Shown piece after piece: positions 50,048 through 63,150 of a DNA stretch of 64,000 nucleotides. The translations under genes were made by a program, and so were the position numbers. The DNA lies in contig NC_042997.1 in NCBI RefSeq assembly GCF_006345805.1, positions 75,640,001-75,704,000 on the forward strand. The letters are read 5' to 3'. This DNA comes from Octopus sinensis. Lineage: Eukaryota. How positions within the stretch are numbered: the first letter of the stretch is position 1; the number at the start of each line of letters is the position of its first letter. A model generated the notes under the pieces. It was not told the origin of the DNA, searched no databases, and saw only the letters and a program-made list of their open reading frames with translations.

Positions 50048-50426
50048 ACCGGAATCAATCACTTGATAGCTTGAATTTTGACTCCATGACAAGTTTAGCA
50101 TCATTGGCTTCCACCAGCAGCATAGAAATTGACATTTTTCCCACACAGAAGTTACAACACATCAACAAAGCACGGCCAAAGCGCAAGAAAAATCATGCCA
50201 TCACAAAACCACAGACAAAGATCATTAATGAAGTAGTAGACATTAATGCTGATGAAGGCTTAGGCAACTTTTTTAACAACTTAAGAAGCATGAAAGAGAC
50301 TGTTTCAACTCCAGAAGATATTGGCCAGCTTCCAAAAGACAAGCATCAGATAGATGTTAACAGATATTCTTCTTTGAGTGAAGCTGATGGACCCCTAGTT
50401 GACAAGAATGACAAAACTGAAGTCAG
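50048..50426 (+). CDS. CARMIL: Internal exon of a CARMIL/LRRC16-like capping-protein regulator
   Basis: Poly-T CCAG acceptor and GTAATT donor; KLQHINKARPKRKK fits the CPI motif (LxHxTxxRPK) and DEGLGNFF fits the downstream CARMIL-specific CSI motif (cf. DEGVDEFF). Confidence 0.85.
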
Positions 50427-53229
50427 GTAATTGTTTGCTTGTTTTTGTTCTTGCTTTATGAGCTTTAGACTAGAAGTTCAAATGTGTATGGAACTTAAAT
50501 ATCAACCGAGTAATAAAAGCAGCAAATATGTAAGTAATTAAACTTGTTTATTTGGATGTGTAATACGAACTTCACAGACAGTAAAGTAGAGAAAGTGTTT
50601 TACTATCACACAATTTTTTTTGTTTTGTACTTACAATTAGCTTGTGGTCTCAGCCAAAGTTTAAATGCATATAGTCTTTTTGAGTGAAAATTTGCCACAA
50701 AATAGGCATTAGTAGAGGGTTTGCTTATAGAGGACCTCTGAAAGAGAATAAAGCATGGATACAAGTTGGGAAGCAACTTGTGTCTTCAAACTGACACCTT
50801 GGAATTGATAATTTAGAGAGGAAAAGTTACTGAGGTAACATATTGAGACCTTTTATGCAACTGATACTACTGACATATTCCCAGTATACAATACTACCAC
50901 AAGAGCTGCTATGTTCACAAATGAAAATCATTTGAACTGATGATGAAAATTCTCTAGTTTATTTCTTCTATTGTAACTGTCTCATATGAATGCAAATTTT
51001 AATGCAGATTGCAGTCCATGTCAGTATTCCATCACCTACATGACCACATATTTTACATTACAGATTTCATGATATGATGATAATCTGATTACAACTTATT
51101 TTTGCTGGATAAGTGAAATTTTTTTGTTCCCTAGTCATTTCAGGACAGTCATTAATTTCACCATTGATAAGCAATTAACATTTCCTTAATCTCCCTTCTG
51201 TTCATAGTAACAAAAACCAAATTCTTTAACTCATCTAGTCTTCAAATAGAAGAACTGTAGCTAATTGAATTAAAACTGTACATACACATTTTTCTATTAC
51301 CCAGAGTTACCAATCCAGGTTAAATGCATGCACACACATACACGAGATTGTACATGAACCTAGGCAGTACAATTTCATTTCATTTAAGTAAGATGTTTAA
51401 TCTCTAAGAATGCAAAATGACTCAACATATAGTTGGTTCTATGACTTTGTGAATTAAAAAACAGGAAGAATACACCTCAAAAATACCACACATGGGATGT
51501 CTGCATGGAACATCTAGATGAGGTTCTGACTATACTTTTTTTAGTTAATTTCTTTTTGGTGGAGATGAGGTTGAACGTTATGTAGGAGTTAAACAAGCAT
51601 GATTACAAAGAAAAATTCATGTATCTATGTACCCTGCAGGCTTTTCAAGGATTTTGAACTGCTATTTATACATTTGATTGGGCCCTCTTTTGTTTCAACT
51701 CTCCAACCATTGTCACATTGACATGACATCACCAGTCTTAGTCTTTTTGAAAGTGCTCTGATGAAATTTTTCTCTTAGTTCCAGATCATCTTATACCATC
51801 TCACTTGATTTGAATCTCACAGCATTTTCATACAAATGTTGTTTCATCCAGTTTAATGTCACAACAGACTGTTAAACAGATATACATATTTAGTCTTGCA
51901 ATACTTCACTTAAGAGACTTTTCCTCATTAAAATTCTAAACTACCAACTGCTAGGCATGAGTTCACTCTCCAATTCATATTTACTTTTAATGCTTTTTTA
52001 TATGTCCTCATTTTTGTGTCCAGACTGAATTCAAAAATATAAGAATGCCTTTTCACTCTGTTCTATATAATTACTTAGCATTTAATTTCTAAATTATTAT
52101 CATTGTAGCTTCTGTGTTATTTTCTGTTGGCTTATTTATTTATGTTTATTATTTTTATATTATCATGTAGTGTAAAATATGAGGCCAAACCTGAACTGAA
52201 AAAGAAAAATTGGAATCCTTTTGATAAGTAAGAGATAAGAATTTTCTTTTAAAAACACAAATATCAGCTTCAACTTAAAAAAGATTAATTCTTGAATGTT
52301 TATTTTTGCATGTATCTCCTTTTCACATTATGAGAGAAAAATAAAAGTTCTTAGCTAAGAGCAAGCTGCTATACCTAGAATTTATTGATCTAGAGATGAC
52401 CCTTGTCAGAGTATCACACTTTGTAGTCATCAAACTCACTAAGAATATAAATGAATGATATGTGACAACCATACAAGTCATGTACAAAGGTGTTGTCAGC
52501 AAGGTGGCAATTAGCAATGAGTTCAGTAAGGAACGTGCAATTAAGTGTCAATGAAGACTTCATTCTCAGCCCCTTCCTATTTACTATAATTCTCCATGCT
52601 ATAAGGATGCCTAAGTTTAAAAGTGGCTGTCTATAGGAACACCTGTATGCAAAAAACCTAGTAATCAGTCAAAGAATTAGAGGACAAATTCCAAATATGG
52701 AATTATGACCTGAAAGTCAAGCTGGCTATACAAAAGTCTTAGCAAGAAAGAACACGGAACCCAACTGCATCTAGAAAGTGGCCGTGTTTAACATTCAGAA
52801 AATGCATTGTAAGGAAATCTATACTGTGTACTTGATGTAGATTGAGTGTAAAAAAGGTGCACTGGAATTTAGGCTGACAGAAATGAACTTCACATGTAGC
52901 AGATGCACAAGAAGTTAGCAGTAAGAACACCCATAAAACAAATTATTTCAAATGCTCAGGACAATCATTAGAAATAATTTTTTATGGAAGTGACCTAATC
53001 AATAATGTATAAATAGATGAGTATTGTAAAACCAGATTATCTCTTTTAAGGACAGAGTAAAAAAAGTTCAGAAAAATTACCTGTTGGCAACATAGGTTTC
53101 TCACTCGGAGTGAAGAGCAAATTATATTTTGCTTGTATAGGAAATGTGATATTACATAGTAATAAAATATGGGCTCTGACTGAGGTCAGTGTGCAAAGGT
53201 TTAGCAAAAATGAAATCTGCATGTAGGCC

Positions 53230-53370
53230 TGAACAGTGAAGGAGCTTATGAACACAGACAGAAGAGAAGCTTGATTTCAGGGAGTTCAGTATCACAAAAG
53301 GATGACAAGATGCTGTGCTGGTGCAGATTTCTCCAACCCATGCTAACATGGAAAAAGTAGATATAAAATG
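53230..53370 (+). mobile_element. Degraded RTE 3' tail
   Basis: TCCAACCCATGCTAACATGGAAAA. Confidence 0.6.
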
Positions 53371-55299
53371 GTAATGATATACATATAGCTTTGTGGGTTA
53401 TAACTTCAAAAGAGAAGATATAATACCTAAGTTGAGAACATAAAACATTGATCATGTACTGGGATGGATATAACCTATATAATTTTGCCAGCAATTCCTG
53501 GCCTTTTATTTATATCAAATAATAATAACAATAAAAATCATTGGATCAGTGATATCAACTAGCTCTTCCACTCAAAATTGCTGGCCTTGTAAAATTAGAA
53601 ATGCTATTATTATTATTATTGCTAGCATTTCTGGCAAACCACACTTAACTTTAGCTTCAGAAAATTTATCAAAAAATTGAGTTTTTTACACTGAAATTCA
53701 CTGTATTTACATTTGATAGGGGAGATATCTATATATTTTCAAGGGTGAATAAGCATCGACAGCAAGCAAGCCGAGCATTCCACAGTGGATGTGGAGTAAC
53801 AATGACAGCTCACGCAGATTGTACTTAGATAGGGTATCCGTTAGGAAAAGAGATAAGAATACTTTTAGTTGTCCACAGTTTTGTATTGTGCCTTTTACGG
53901 ATCACAAATTTGTGACGTGTGAGGTACATTTAAATAAATGTCATAGACAGGTTACTGGAAGATGAACAAATCCATTTTGACTTGTGAAGCCTTTTGTACC
54001 CGGATTAAGGAGTTAGTACAGAGGGCATTGTAAATATATACATCTCACATTCATCCTTCATATGTTTTATGTTCCTGCATGTCTTTGTATGTCCCCTCTG
54101 TAATTAGGCCTTGTGCCTGTACTAGACAATTTAGCTAGCAAGCCAAGCCTTTTCTCTTCAAGTCATTTTGATTGCCACCATTGTTATGTGAGTTTGATTC
54201 TGGTTGTTTCTGTTATTATAATTTGTTGATTGCTGTATTGTCATTTGAACTATTGTCTGTGTGTTAACTGTAGTTTTCGCCCTGCAGGGCCAAAAATACT
54301 GTTTAAAAAATTTTTTGTTGTTGGAATACTTCTTCCAAAAATTATTTTTTGTTTTCCCAGTACTGGGTGTTGTTTTTGTCAATAATGACAAGTAACAAAA
54401 AAATGGAATTTAATATTAATTCCAAGAAGGACTTCCCTGCAATGGGAAACGACAGTACTACAAAGGATACTGAGGAAAAGACAAGTTTTTTGCCATGGTC
54501 TGTGGTAATGAGGTTGAAATGGCCTCTGTTGCAGAGCATGTATGAAAAACAATGGAAGGATGTGAAGAGAAAGGTGGGTGATAATAACCCAACTTAATCA
54601 TCAATGAAGGAAGAAATAGATAATCACTGGGCCTTACAGGCTGCCGGGTGTGTTCCCTCTGTTTTGTTTTAAAAACAAAAGTCAAAATTAAATTGTATAT
54701 AGTTGAAATTCAAATTTTTAAAATGTCTATACGAACTCATCATAACATCTTTATGTATTTGTAATGTCTTGTAATGTCCCCATCTGTGTAAGATTTTTAT
54801 AATCATGATAAAAAATTCAGCTAGTAAGCCATGCTACTCCAGACTGATGATGAGCAATGACTGAAACTAATCTCTGGATGCTCGCTTTGCTGGGTGGAAG
54901 TGCTTATCTCCCCTTTGAAAACATAAGGACACAGAAAATGTGTCATGGCCAACTGGAAATAGTGTTTCCTAGGGCTAAATAGCAGCATTCTTCCCTTTCA
55001 TGGGACTGCCACATTAAGTTGGCAACATAACATCACCTTATCATGCTGCTACTGTATAAATCACTCTAGTTTTTAAAATGCAATATTTCTATTGTTATTC
55101 TTAATTAGTTTTCCTCTTTTCAAGGTTGCTTTAGTACATTTTACTAAGCCAAATGTCATATTTATTCCTTTAGTAAACTCATGCACTGTTTCTAGTTGTT
55201 TATCTGTAGCAATACTTCCAGTTGTTTATCATTTGCACCTTACAGTATCAACCATACTACCTGTTTTACCATAGTAGTTGTATCTATGTCCAGTTCTGT

Positions 55300-55950
55300 T
55301 TAACATATTGGTTAAAGGTGTTAAACTAAAAACTGGAAAGAATGAAATCAGAAACCATGATTATGATGCTTTAAAATTGAGTATAATCAAAGAATTAAAA
55401 GCCACCTACTGAACCATCCAAAAATTAGACAACAACAACAATAAAATCAAAAATTTGGCTATCACAGATGTAACTGTAACAGGAACAAATGTCCAGGTTA
55501 AATAATATAATATATGCAGCAACTTCTATGGCCACAAAGAAAAGTGGATACTCCCTCAAATCTACCCAAATTAGAGTATAAAACATAAATATGGAAAACT
55601 AATATCCAGAAAAATAAAATAAAATAAAAAATATGTCAGTCCTTATTGAAATTAGTAACCAAACAACACTACTAAACCCTTATGATTCTTTAAACAAAAC
55701 AAGCAATTTAACTCTAATCCAAAACAATTCTACCAAGAACTTGGTAAAAATAAAATAGAAATCAATGAAATACCAGCAGCAGCAGAAGGATTTTGTGAAG
55801 AAGTAAGGGTAACAAAGGAATTACCAGAAAAAAGATTATTCAAAACAACAAATACAGCACCTGAACAACTCTGGGCACCTATAATAACAGAAGAGGTAAT
55901 CCAGGTAGTGCAAAAAATCAAGTAACCAACTGGAAGGTACCAAGACACCA
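55300..55950 (+). pseudogene. Degraded non-LTR (R4/Dong-like) ORF fragment
   Basis: Broken frames with pre-RT-like words (EIP..EGF, PIITEEV...IK); weak. Confidence 0.4.
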
Positions 55951-56369
55951 CAAGATACCCAGCTTCCCATTTCTGTTTTTGTTGATCTTCAGCAGTCCTA
56001 GCATTTGAGTTTGTTGTGTTTCATTATTTACTTTTTGTTGCATGTGTTATCTCTATCTTCATGTTTTACGTTCTCATTATTTATATTAGTTCCAGGTATT
56101 CTAAGGGCACTATTTGTATTTTTGTGATGTATTTTTCCTTTTAAATGCTCTGTTTCATTTCCATTCTGAGGATATATCTCTTTATGTTAGCTAGTTTATT
56201 GGGGTTCATTGAAGTAGTCAGATTAGTGTTAGCTAGTTTATTGAGGTTTCTTTAATGACTTGATTTAGCTAGTTTATTAGGGTTCATCTATCCAATCTAG
56301 GTAGTTTATTGGCGGCAGAGGCAGCGGTGGTGGTGGTGTATTTACTTCCTGTGAATTAAGGTGGTGCTT

Positions 56370-57030
56370 TCTTTTCAAGTCTCAAAAACTTTACACTGAC
56401 TTCTTGCACTATCAAATAATACTGTTTTCTGGATGTGATCTATTTTTTCCAACCAATTTTTAATTTCTTTGCTCAATGTACTTGGGTCACCAACAGTTAT
56501 TGGCACAGTACAAACCTTCTGCATCAACCATACTTTTTTTCTTTCTTTCTTCAGAGATCCATAACTCATCAGTTGTTCTTTTTTATGACTCTCCTGTTCC
56601 CAGGGCAAGCAATGTCTCTGATCAAGCATGAGAGTCTACCAGTGCAATATCAGGATTCTGGTGTTCAATTCTATGATTTCATTGGCTCATGAAGTCATAA
56701 AGTATTTTTGCTCTGCTGTTTTCTACCACACCCTTTGGCTTATTTTTACACCATTTTCTTGCTTTTCCGATCCAAACTTGTTACATAGTTCCCAGTGAAC
56801 AATTCTGGTGACATCATCATGCCTTCTCTTGTATCTGCTATGGGCTAATTTGTTGCATTCACTTAAAATATGACACACTGTCTCTCCAGCTTTACCATAC
56901 ATTCTGCATTTGTCAGATTCTGTTGAATGATCAATTCTGTGCTCGATGTGGTTTGTTCTGAATGCTTGTTTTTGCATTGCACATGTCAAGGTCTCTGTTT
57001 GAGGTTTCAGTTTGATTGTTTTTGTAACCA
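56370..57030 (-). pseudogene. R4/Dong-like (RLE-type) LINE C-terminal fragment
   Basis: KCRMYGKAGETVCHILSEC..LA...YKRRHD (CCHC region) then VPITVG...IQKTVL of the restriction-like endonuclease. Confidence 0.8.
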
Positions 57031-59545
57031 CATCATCATCATCATCATTTAACGTCCGTTCTCCATGCTAGCATGGGTTGTACGGTTCGACCGGGGATCT
57101 GGGAAGCCAGAAGGCTGCACCAGGCTCCGGTCTTATCTGGTAATGTTTCTACAGCTGGATGCCCTTCCTAACGCCAACCACTCCGTGAGTGTAGTGGGTG
57201 CTTTTTACGTGCCACCTGCACTGGTGCCAGGCGAGGCTGGCATCGGCCACGGTCGGATTGGTGCATTTTACGTGCCACCTGCACGGAAGCCAGTCGAGGT
57301 GGCACTGGCTTCGGCCACGATTCGGATGGTGCTTTTTACGTGCCACCGACACGGAAGCCAGTCAAGGCGGCACTGGCATCGGCCACGATTCGGATAGTGC
57401 TTTTTACGTATCTCAAGTCCAGGGGTCCTGGCATCTGCCGGATGCCAGTCATAGGATTGGTTCAATTTCGATTCCGATTTCACTTGCCCCAACAGGTCTT
57501 CACAAGCAAAGGAGGCATAGGTTGCCTGTCATCGGATGAGGTTCAATATCGACTTCGCTTGCCTCAACAGGTCTTTGTGTGTCCAAGGGAGGAAAGGCAT
57601 GCATAAGTAGGCTGGACTCACTTGTCCTGCCTGGTCTTTTCACGCACAGCATATTTCCAAAGGTCTCGGTCGCTGGTCATTTCCTCAGTGAGACCTAAAG
57701 TTCAAAGGTCATGCTTCACCACCTTGTCCCAAGTTTTCCTGGGTCTCCCTCTTCCATGGGTTCCCTCCACTGCTAGGGATTGGCACTTTTTCACACACCT
57801 ATCTTCATCCATTCTCGCCACATGACCATACCAGCGCAATCGTCTCTCTTGCACACCACAACTGATGCTCCTTAGGTCCAACATTTCTCTCAGGGTACTA
57901 ACGCTCTGTCGAGCATGTACACTGACATTACACATCCATCGGAGCATACTGGCTTCATTTCTCATGAGCTTACGCATGTCCTCAGCACTCATGGCCCATG
58001 TTTCACTGCCATGTAGCATGGCTGTTCGTACACATGCATCATACAGTCTGCCTTTTACTCTGAGCGAGAGGCCTTTAGTCACCAGCAGAGGTAAGAGCTC
58101 CCTAAACTTTGCCCAGGCTATTCTTACTCTAGCCATTACACTTTCAGCACACCCACCCCCACTACTGACTTGGTCACCAAGATAACGGAAGCTATCAACT
58201 GCTTCTAGTTTTTTCCCCTGGTAAGTGACAGAAGTTGTTTTCTGCAGATTTTCAGAGGTTAATGCTCCCGAGCATCTGCCACATACAAAAACCATCTTCC
58301 TAGTTAGCCTTCCTTTGACATTGCTGCACCTCTTATGTGTCCATAGCTTACACTTGGTGCATCTTATAGAGTTTCTACCTACACCTTTTCTACAGATTGA
58401 GCAGGGCCATCTACCTGAAGGCGTTTGTGATTTGTCTACCTTCCTACTTATTAGGACTTTGGTTTTAGCTAGATTGACTCTAAGGCCCTTCGATTCTAAT
58501 CCTTGCTTCCACACCTGAAACTTCTCCTCCAGTTCTGATAGTGACTCAGCAATTAGAGCAAGGTCATCAGCATAGAGGAGCTCCCAGGGGCATCCTGTCT
58601 TGAATTCCTCCGTTATTGCCTGGAGGACTATGATAAATAGGAGGGGGCTGAGGACTGAGCCTTGGTGGACCCCTACCTCTACCCGGAATTCTTCACTGTA
58701 CTCATTGCCAACCCTCACCTTACTAGCAGCGTCCCTGTACATGGCTCGCACAGCTTTCACTAACCATTCATCTATCCCTAGTTTCCTCATTGACCACCAG
58801 ATGAGGGATCGGGGGACCCTGTCGAAGGCTTTCTCCATGTCAACAAAAGCCAGGTACAGGGGCTTATCTTTGGCTAGGTATTTCTCCTGCAGCTGCCTTA
58901 CCAGGAATATAGCATCAGTGGTACTTTTCCCTGGCACGAACCCAAACTGCATCTCATCTAAACTAACTCTCTCTCTAATTAGTTGGGTTATGACCCTCTC
59001 TGTAACCTTCATCACCTGATCCAACAGCTTGATACCTCTGTAATTATTTGTATCTAGGGCATCACCTTTACCTTTGTAGCAGTTGACTATTATGCTGCTA
59101 CACCAGTCATTGGGTATGACTCCTTCATGTATCACCTGATTAACTATACGGATGACTAGGCTATAGCCGACACTACCAGATATTTTGAGCATCTCTGCAG
59201 TGATACCTGATGGGTCTGGGGCTTTCCCTGTCTTCATGCTTCTAATTGCCTTATCTACCAAGGAACTATCAACTCTGATAGCTGGTCCCTCTGTTGGGTC
59301 AACATTCGGCAGACTCTCTTTATCCCATTCATTTTCTTTATTCAGCAACCTTTCATAGTGGCGTCTCCCTTTTAGCAGTTTGATACAATACCCTGCTACC
59401 ACCATTCTTCCAGTGCCTCCAAGTCTGTCTCTTTTCTCTAATAGCCATGTCTACAACACTGTTCCACCACCACGTTACCTTGGGACGAGAGGGGACTTTG
59501 CACCAGCCACAGATCTGGTCAGTGGCTCTCAGCAGGTTGTCCCTT
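57031..59545 (-). mobile_element. Young 5'-truncated RTE LINE
   Basis: (CAT)n tail, 3' UTR, long open RT ORF. Confidence 0.95.
57702..59405 (-). CDS. RTE reverse transcriptase, open frame (APE missing)
   Basis: 567 aa with YRGIKLL, QFGF, FVDMEKAFD, HQGSVLSP, YADD, a Cys-rich insert and the GRGRPRKTW terminus. Confidence 0.9.
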   Translation of the reverse strand: MVVAGYCIKLLKGRRHYERLLNKENEWDKESLPNVDPTEGPAIRVDSSLVDKAIRSMKTGKAPDPSGITAEMLKISGSVGYSLVIRIVNQVIHEGVIPNDWCSSIIVNCYKGKGDALDTNNYRGIKLLDQVMKVTERVITQLIRERVSLDEMQFGFVPGKSTTDAIFLVRQLQEKYLAKDKPLYLAFVDMEKAFDRVPRSLIWWSMRKLGIDEWLVKAVRAMYRDAASKVRVGNEYSEEFRVEVGVHQGSVLSPLLFIIVLQAITEEFKTGCPWELLYADDLALIAESLSELEEKFQVWKQGLESKGLRVNLAKTKVLISRKVDKSQTPSGRWPCSICRKGVGRNSIRCTKCKLWTHKRCSNVKGRLTRKMVFVCGRCSGALTSENLQKTTSVTYQGKKLEAVDSFRYLGDQVSSGGGCAESVMARVRIAWAKFRELLPLLVTKGLSLRVKGRLYDACVRTAMLHGSETWAMSAEDMRKLMRNEASMLRWMCNVSVHARQSVSTLREMLDLRSISCGVQERRLRWYGHVARMDEDRCVKKCQSLAVEGTHGRGRPRKTWDKVVKHDL

Positions 59546-59825
59546 AGATGCTATTTGGATCTATGTTGTTTTCCTCCTCATTTTTGTCTTTATTTTGCAA
59601 TTCATCTTGTCCTAACTGCTTTCTGTACATAATAAACAATATTGTTTACCTCTGAACACAATCCCCACCCTTGTTTCTTTTGCAGTCCCTTTGTTCTCCA
59701 TTATATCACTCCTACTCCATATCTCAAGAGAGCATTTGCCCCTGCAGTTTAGTCTTCAAAATCAAATTCAGCTTTCTGAAATACTCATGAGATAATATGT
59801 TCTTCATCTTACCCATGTCTATAAA

Positions 59826-59984
59826 AAGTAGATCGCATGGCGGCATGTTAAGAAGTTTGCTTCACAACCACGTGATTCCAGGTCAGTCCTACTGCATGGC
59901 ACCTTGGACAAGTGTCTTCTACTATAGCCTTGGACCAGCCAAAGCCTTGTGAGTGGATTTATTGAGGGAAACTGAAAGAAGCCC

Positions 59985-59990
<6 letters not shown>
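59826..59990 (+). mobile_element. SINE 5' half
   Basis: tRNA-like head to GAAAGAAGCCC. Confidence 0.8.
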
Positions 59991-60019
<29 letters not shown>

Positions 60020-60237
60020 TAGCAGAGACACCTGGCATTGCCCATGTTGCATTCAATTGTTTATAAGCCATTTAAGAAACACACAAAAACCATTATATTC
60101 ACTTCAACATTTAAATTTAATTTGTCAAAATATTTTCGTCGCTTTGAGAATGCGACCTGTTCACTGGCAAAATTTCATGCTGCATATACTATATATATAT
60201 ATATATATATATACTACATGTATATATATACATACAT

Positions 60238-60269
<32 letters not shown>

Positions 60270-60295
60270 CTATATATATATATATATATACTCTT

Positions 60296-60700
60296 TTTTT
60301 TTTTACTCTTTTTACTTGTTTCAGTCATTTGACTGCGGCCATGCTGGAGCACCGCCTTTAGTCGAGCAAATCAACCCCGGGACTTATTCTTTGTAAGCCC
60401 AGTACTTATTCTATCGGTCTATTTTGCCGAACCGCTAAGTGACGGGGACGTAAACACACCAGCATCGGTTGTCAAGCAATGCTAGGGGTACAAACACACA
60501 CACATACACACATATATATATATATATACATATATACGACAGGCTTCTTTCAGTTTCCGTCTACCAAATCCACTCACAAGGCATTGATCGGCCCAGGGCT
60601 ATAGCAGAAGACACTTGCCCAAGATGCCACGCAGTGGGACTGAACCCGGAATCATGTGGTTGGTTAGCAAGCTACTTACCACACAGCCACTCCTGCGCCT
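60296..60700 (-). mobile_element. tRNA-derived SINE, full length, young
   Basis: GGCGCAGGAG-TGGCTGTGTGG (A box)...GGTTCAGTCC (B box); resembles octopus OK/OR-type SINEs (recalled, not searched). Confidence 0.92.
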
Positions 60701-60719
60701 ATATATATATATATTTTTT

Positions 60720-61325
60720 TTTTTTTTCTAGTTTTAGCTCAGAGCTGCGGCCATGCTGATGCACCGCCATTTTGTGCTACACTGTTATTGCGATGAACCT
60801 CGTCTAATATGTGGCACTTGGTGAAGAATGGAGTTTGATACAGCTACTCTCATTTGCACCTCTTGCCGTGAGGTAGGTTCATCTGGGACTCTTGACAGGA
60901 AGATGTCCAGCTTTGATTTAAAAACCGCTACATCTACTTTGTGCAAGTTCCTCAGACTCTTTGGGAGAGTATTAAAAAGCTGTGGGCCCTTGAAACCCAG
61001 GCTGTTGCAGAAGCTGGTCCTGAAGCGTGATGGCATTGCTGGGATCTTTGGCACTATGCAGTGTCGTCCCATTCTAGCATTAGTGTAGCTTACAATGCCA
61101 AAATTTGGCACAATTCCTTCCAGGATCTTCCAGACATATATTACTGCATACCTCTCCCGTCTTCTCTCCAGGGAGTAGAGTCTCAGCTGTTTCAACCTTT
61201 CCCAGTAGCTGAGCTGTTGCAAAGAGACGATCTTCTTTGTGAATCTTCTCTGGATTGCTTCAAGGTCTGCTGTTAATTTTACACTGGTGGGTGACCATAG
61301 CTGTGAGCAGTAATTCAGGCAACAT
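60720..61325 (-). mobile_element. CR1-clade LINE 3' fragment
   Basis: YCSQLWSP...[31 protein letters not shown]...FKSKLDIFL; short 3' tail with poly-A. Confidence 0.9.
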
Positions 61326-61989
<664 letters not shown>

Positions 61990-62155
61990 GTTGTATACTC
62001 TCAATCTAACAAGAACGTGACAGTAGGGGGTACACCACCGCTGTATAGCCCTAGGAAGCATCGAATGCCTCCTGATAGCTTTGACACATTTTTTCCCTGT
62101 GTCCTTATATAGATATACGAAGGGGAGACAAACACCCCCGGCTGCCGGAACTGCA

Positions 62156-62201
62156 TCTAGGGACACCATGTTTCAGGATCGTTGTCCTTCATCGGCCTAG
62201 A
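62156..62201 (-). ncRNA. Type I hammerhead ribozyme (left arm)
   Basis: TCTAGG-CCGATGA-AGGA-CAACGA-TCCT-GAAACA-TGG-TGTC|CCTAGA. Confidence 0.88.
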
Positions 62202-62734
62202 GTAGCAGACACCGGTCAGCTGGTGATATTTGCCTCGACTTCGTAATTCTATATATCTATATTCAGTGAAGTTTATTCACTGATTATCAAAATAAGAAAT
62301 ATTGAATTTCTAAATCTCTCGTAGAGACATGTACGGTGGTGGGGAGATAGAATGGTTGTATACTGTCAATCTAACAAGAACGTGACAGTAGGGGGTACAC
62401 CACCGCTGTATAGCCCTAGGAAGCATCGAACGCCTCCTGATAGCTTTGACACATTTTTTTCCTGTGTCCTTATATAGATATACGAAGGGGAGCTATCAGG
62501 AGGCGTTCGATGCTTCCTAGGGCTATACAGCGGTGGTGTACCCCCTACTGTCACGTTCTTGTTAGATTGACAGTATACAACCATTCTATCGCCCCACCAC
62601 CGTACATGTCTCTACGAGAGATTTAGAAATTCAATATTTCTTATTTTGATAATCAGTGAATAAACTTCACTGAATATAGATATATAGAATTATGAAGTCG
62701 AGGCAAATATCACCAGCTGACCGGTGTCTGCTAC

Positions 62735-62780
62735 TCTAGGCCGATGAAGGACAACGATCCTGAAACACGGTGTCCCTAGA
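62735..62780 (+). ncRNA. Type I hammerhead ribozyme (right arm)
   Basis: TCTAGG-CCGATGA-AGGA-CAACGA-TCCT-GAAACA-CGG-TGTC|CCTAGA; predicted cleavage after C62774. Confidence 0.88.
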
Positions 62781-63003
62781 TGCAGTTCCGGCAGCCGGGG
62801 GTGTTTGTCTCCCCTTCGTATATCTATATAAGGACACAGGGAAAAAATGTGTCAAAGCTATCAGGAGGCGTTCGATGCTTCCTAGGGCTATACAGTGGTG
62901 GTGTACCCCCTACTGTCACGTTCTTGTTAGATTGACAGTATACAACCATTCTATCGCCCCACCACCGTACATGTCTCTACGAGAGATTTAGAAATTTAAT
63001 ATT

Positions 63004-63046
<43 letters not shown>

Positions 63047-63150
63047 ATCCAAACAAGAAAACACAGAAAAAAAACACAGAAAAAACACAGCAACGTGAGG
63101 ACGTGGAACAATTAAAGTATTATTTGACGCTCAGGAAAGAAGGGAAGGAG

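Noticed and set aside
54349-54597. 82-aa ORF after a good acceptor site as the next CARMIL exon
   Set aside because: The phase required by the 50426 donor hits a stop after 7 codons; possibly a TE ORF start, unsupported
62366-62991. ORFs MVVYCQSNKN... and [11 protein letters not shown]... in the 365-bp repeat
   Set aside because: Short, with no domain similarity; the unit is better explained as structured RNA
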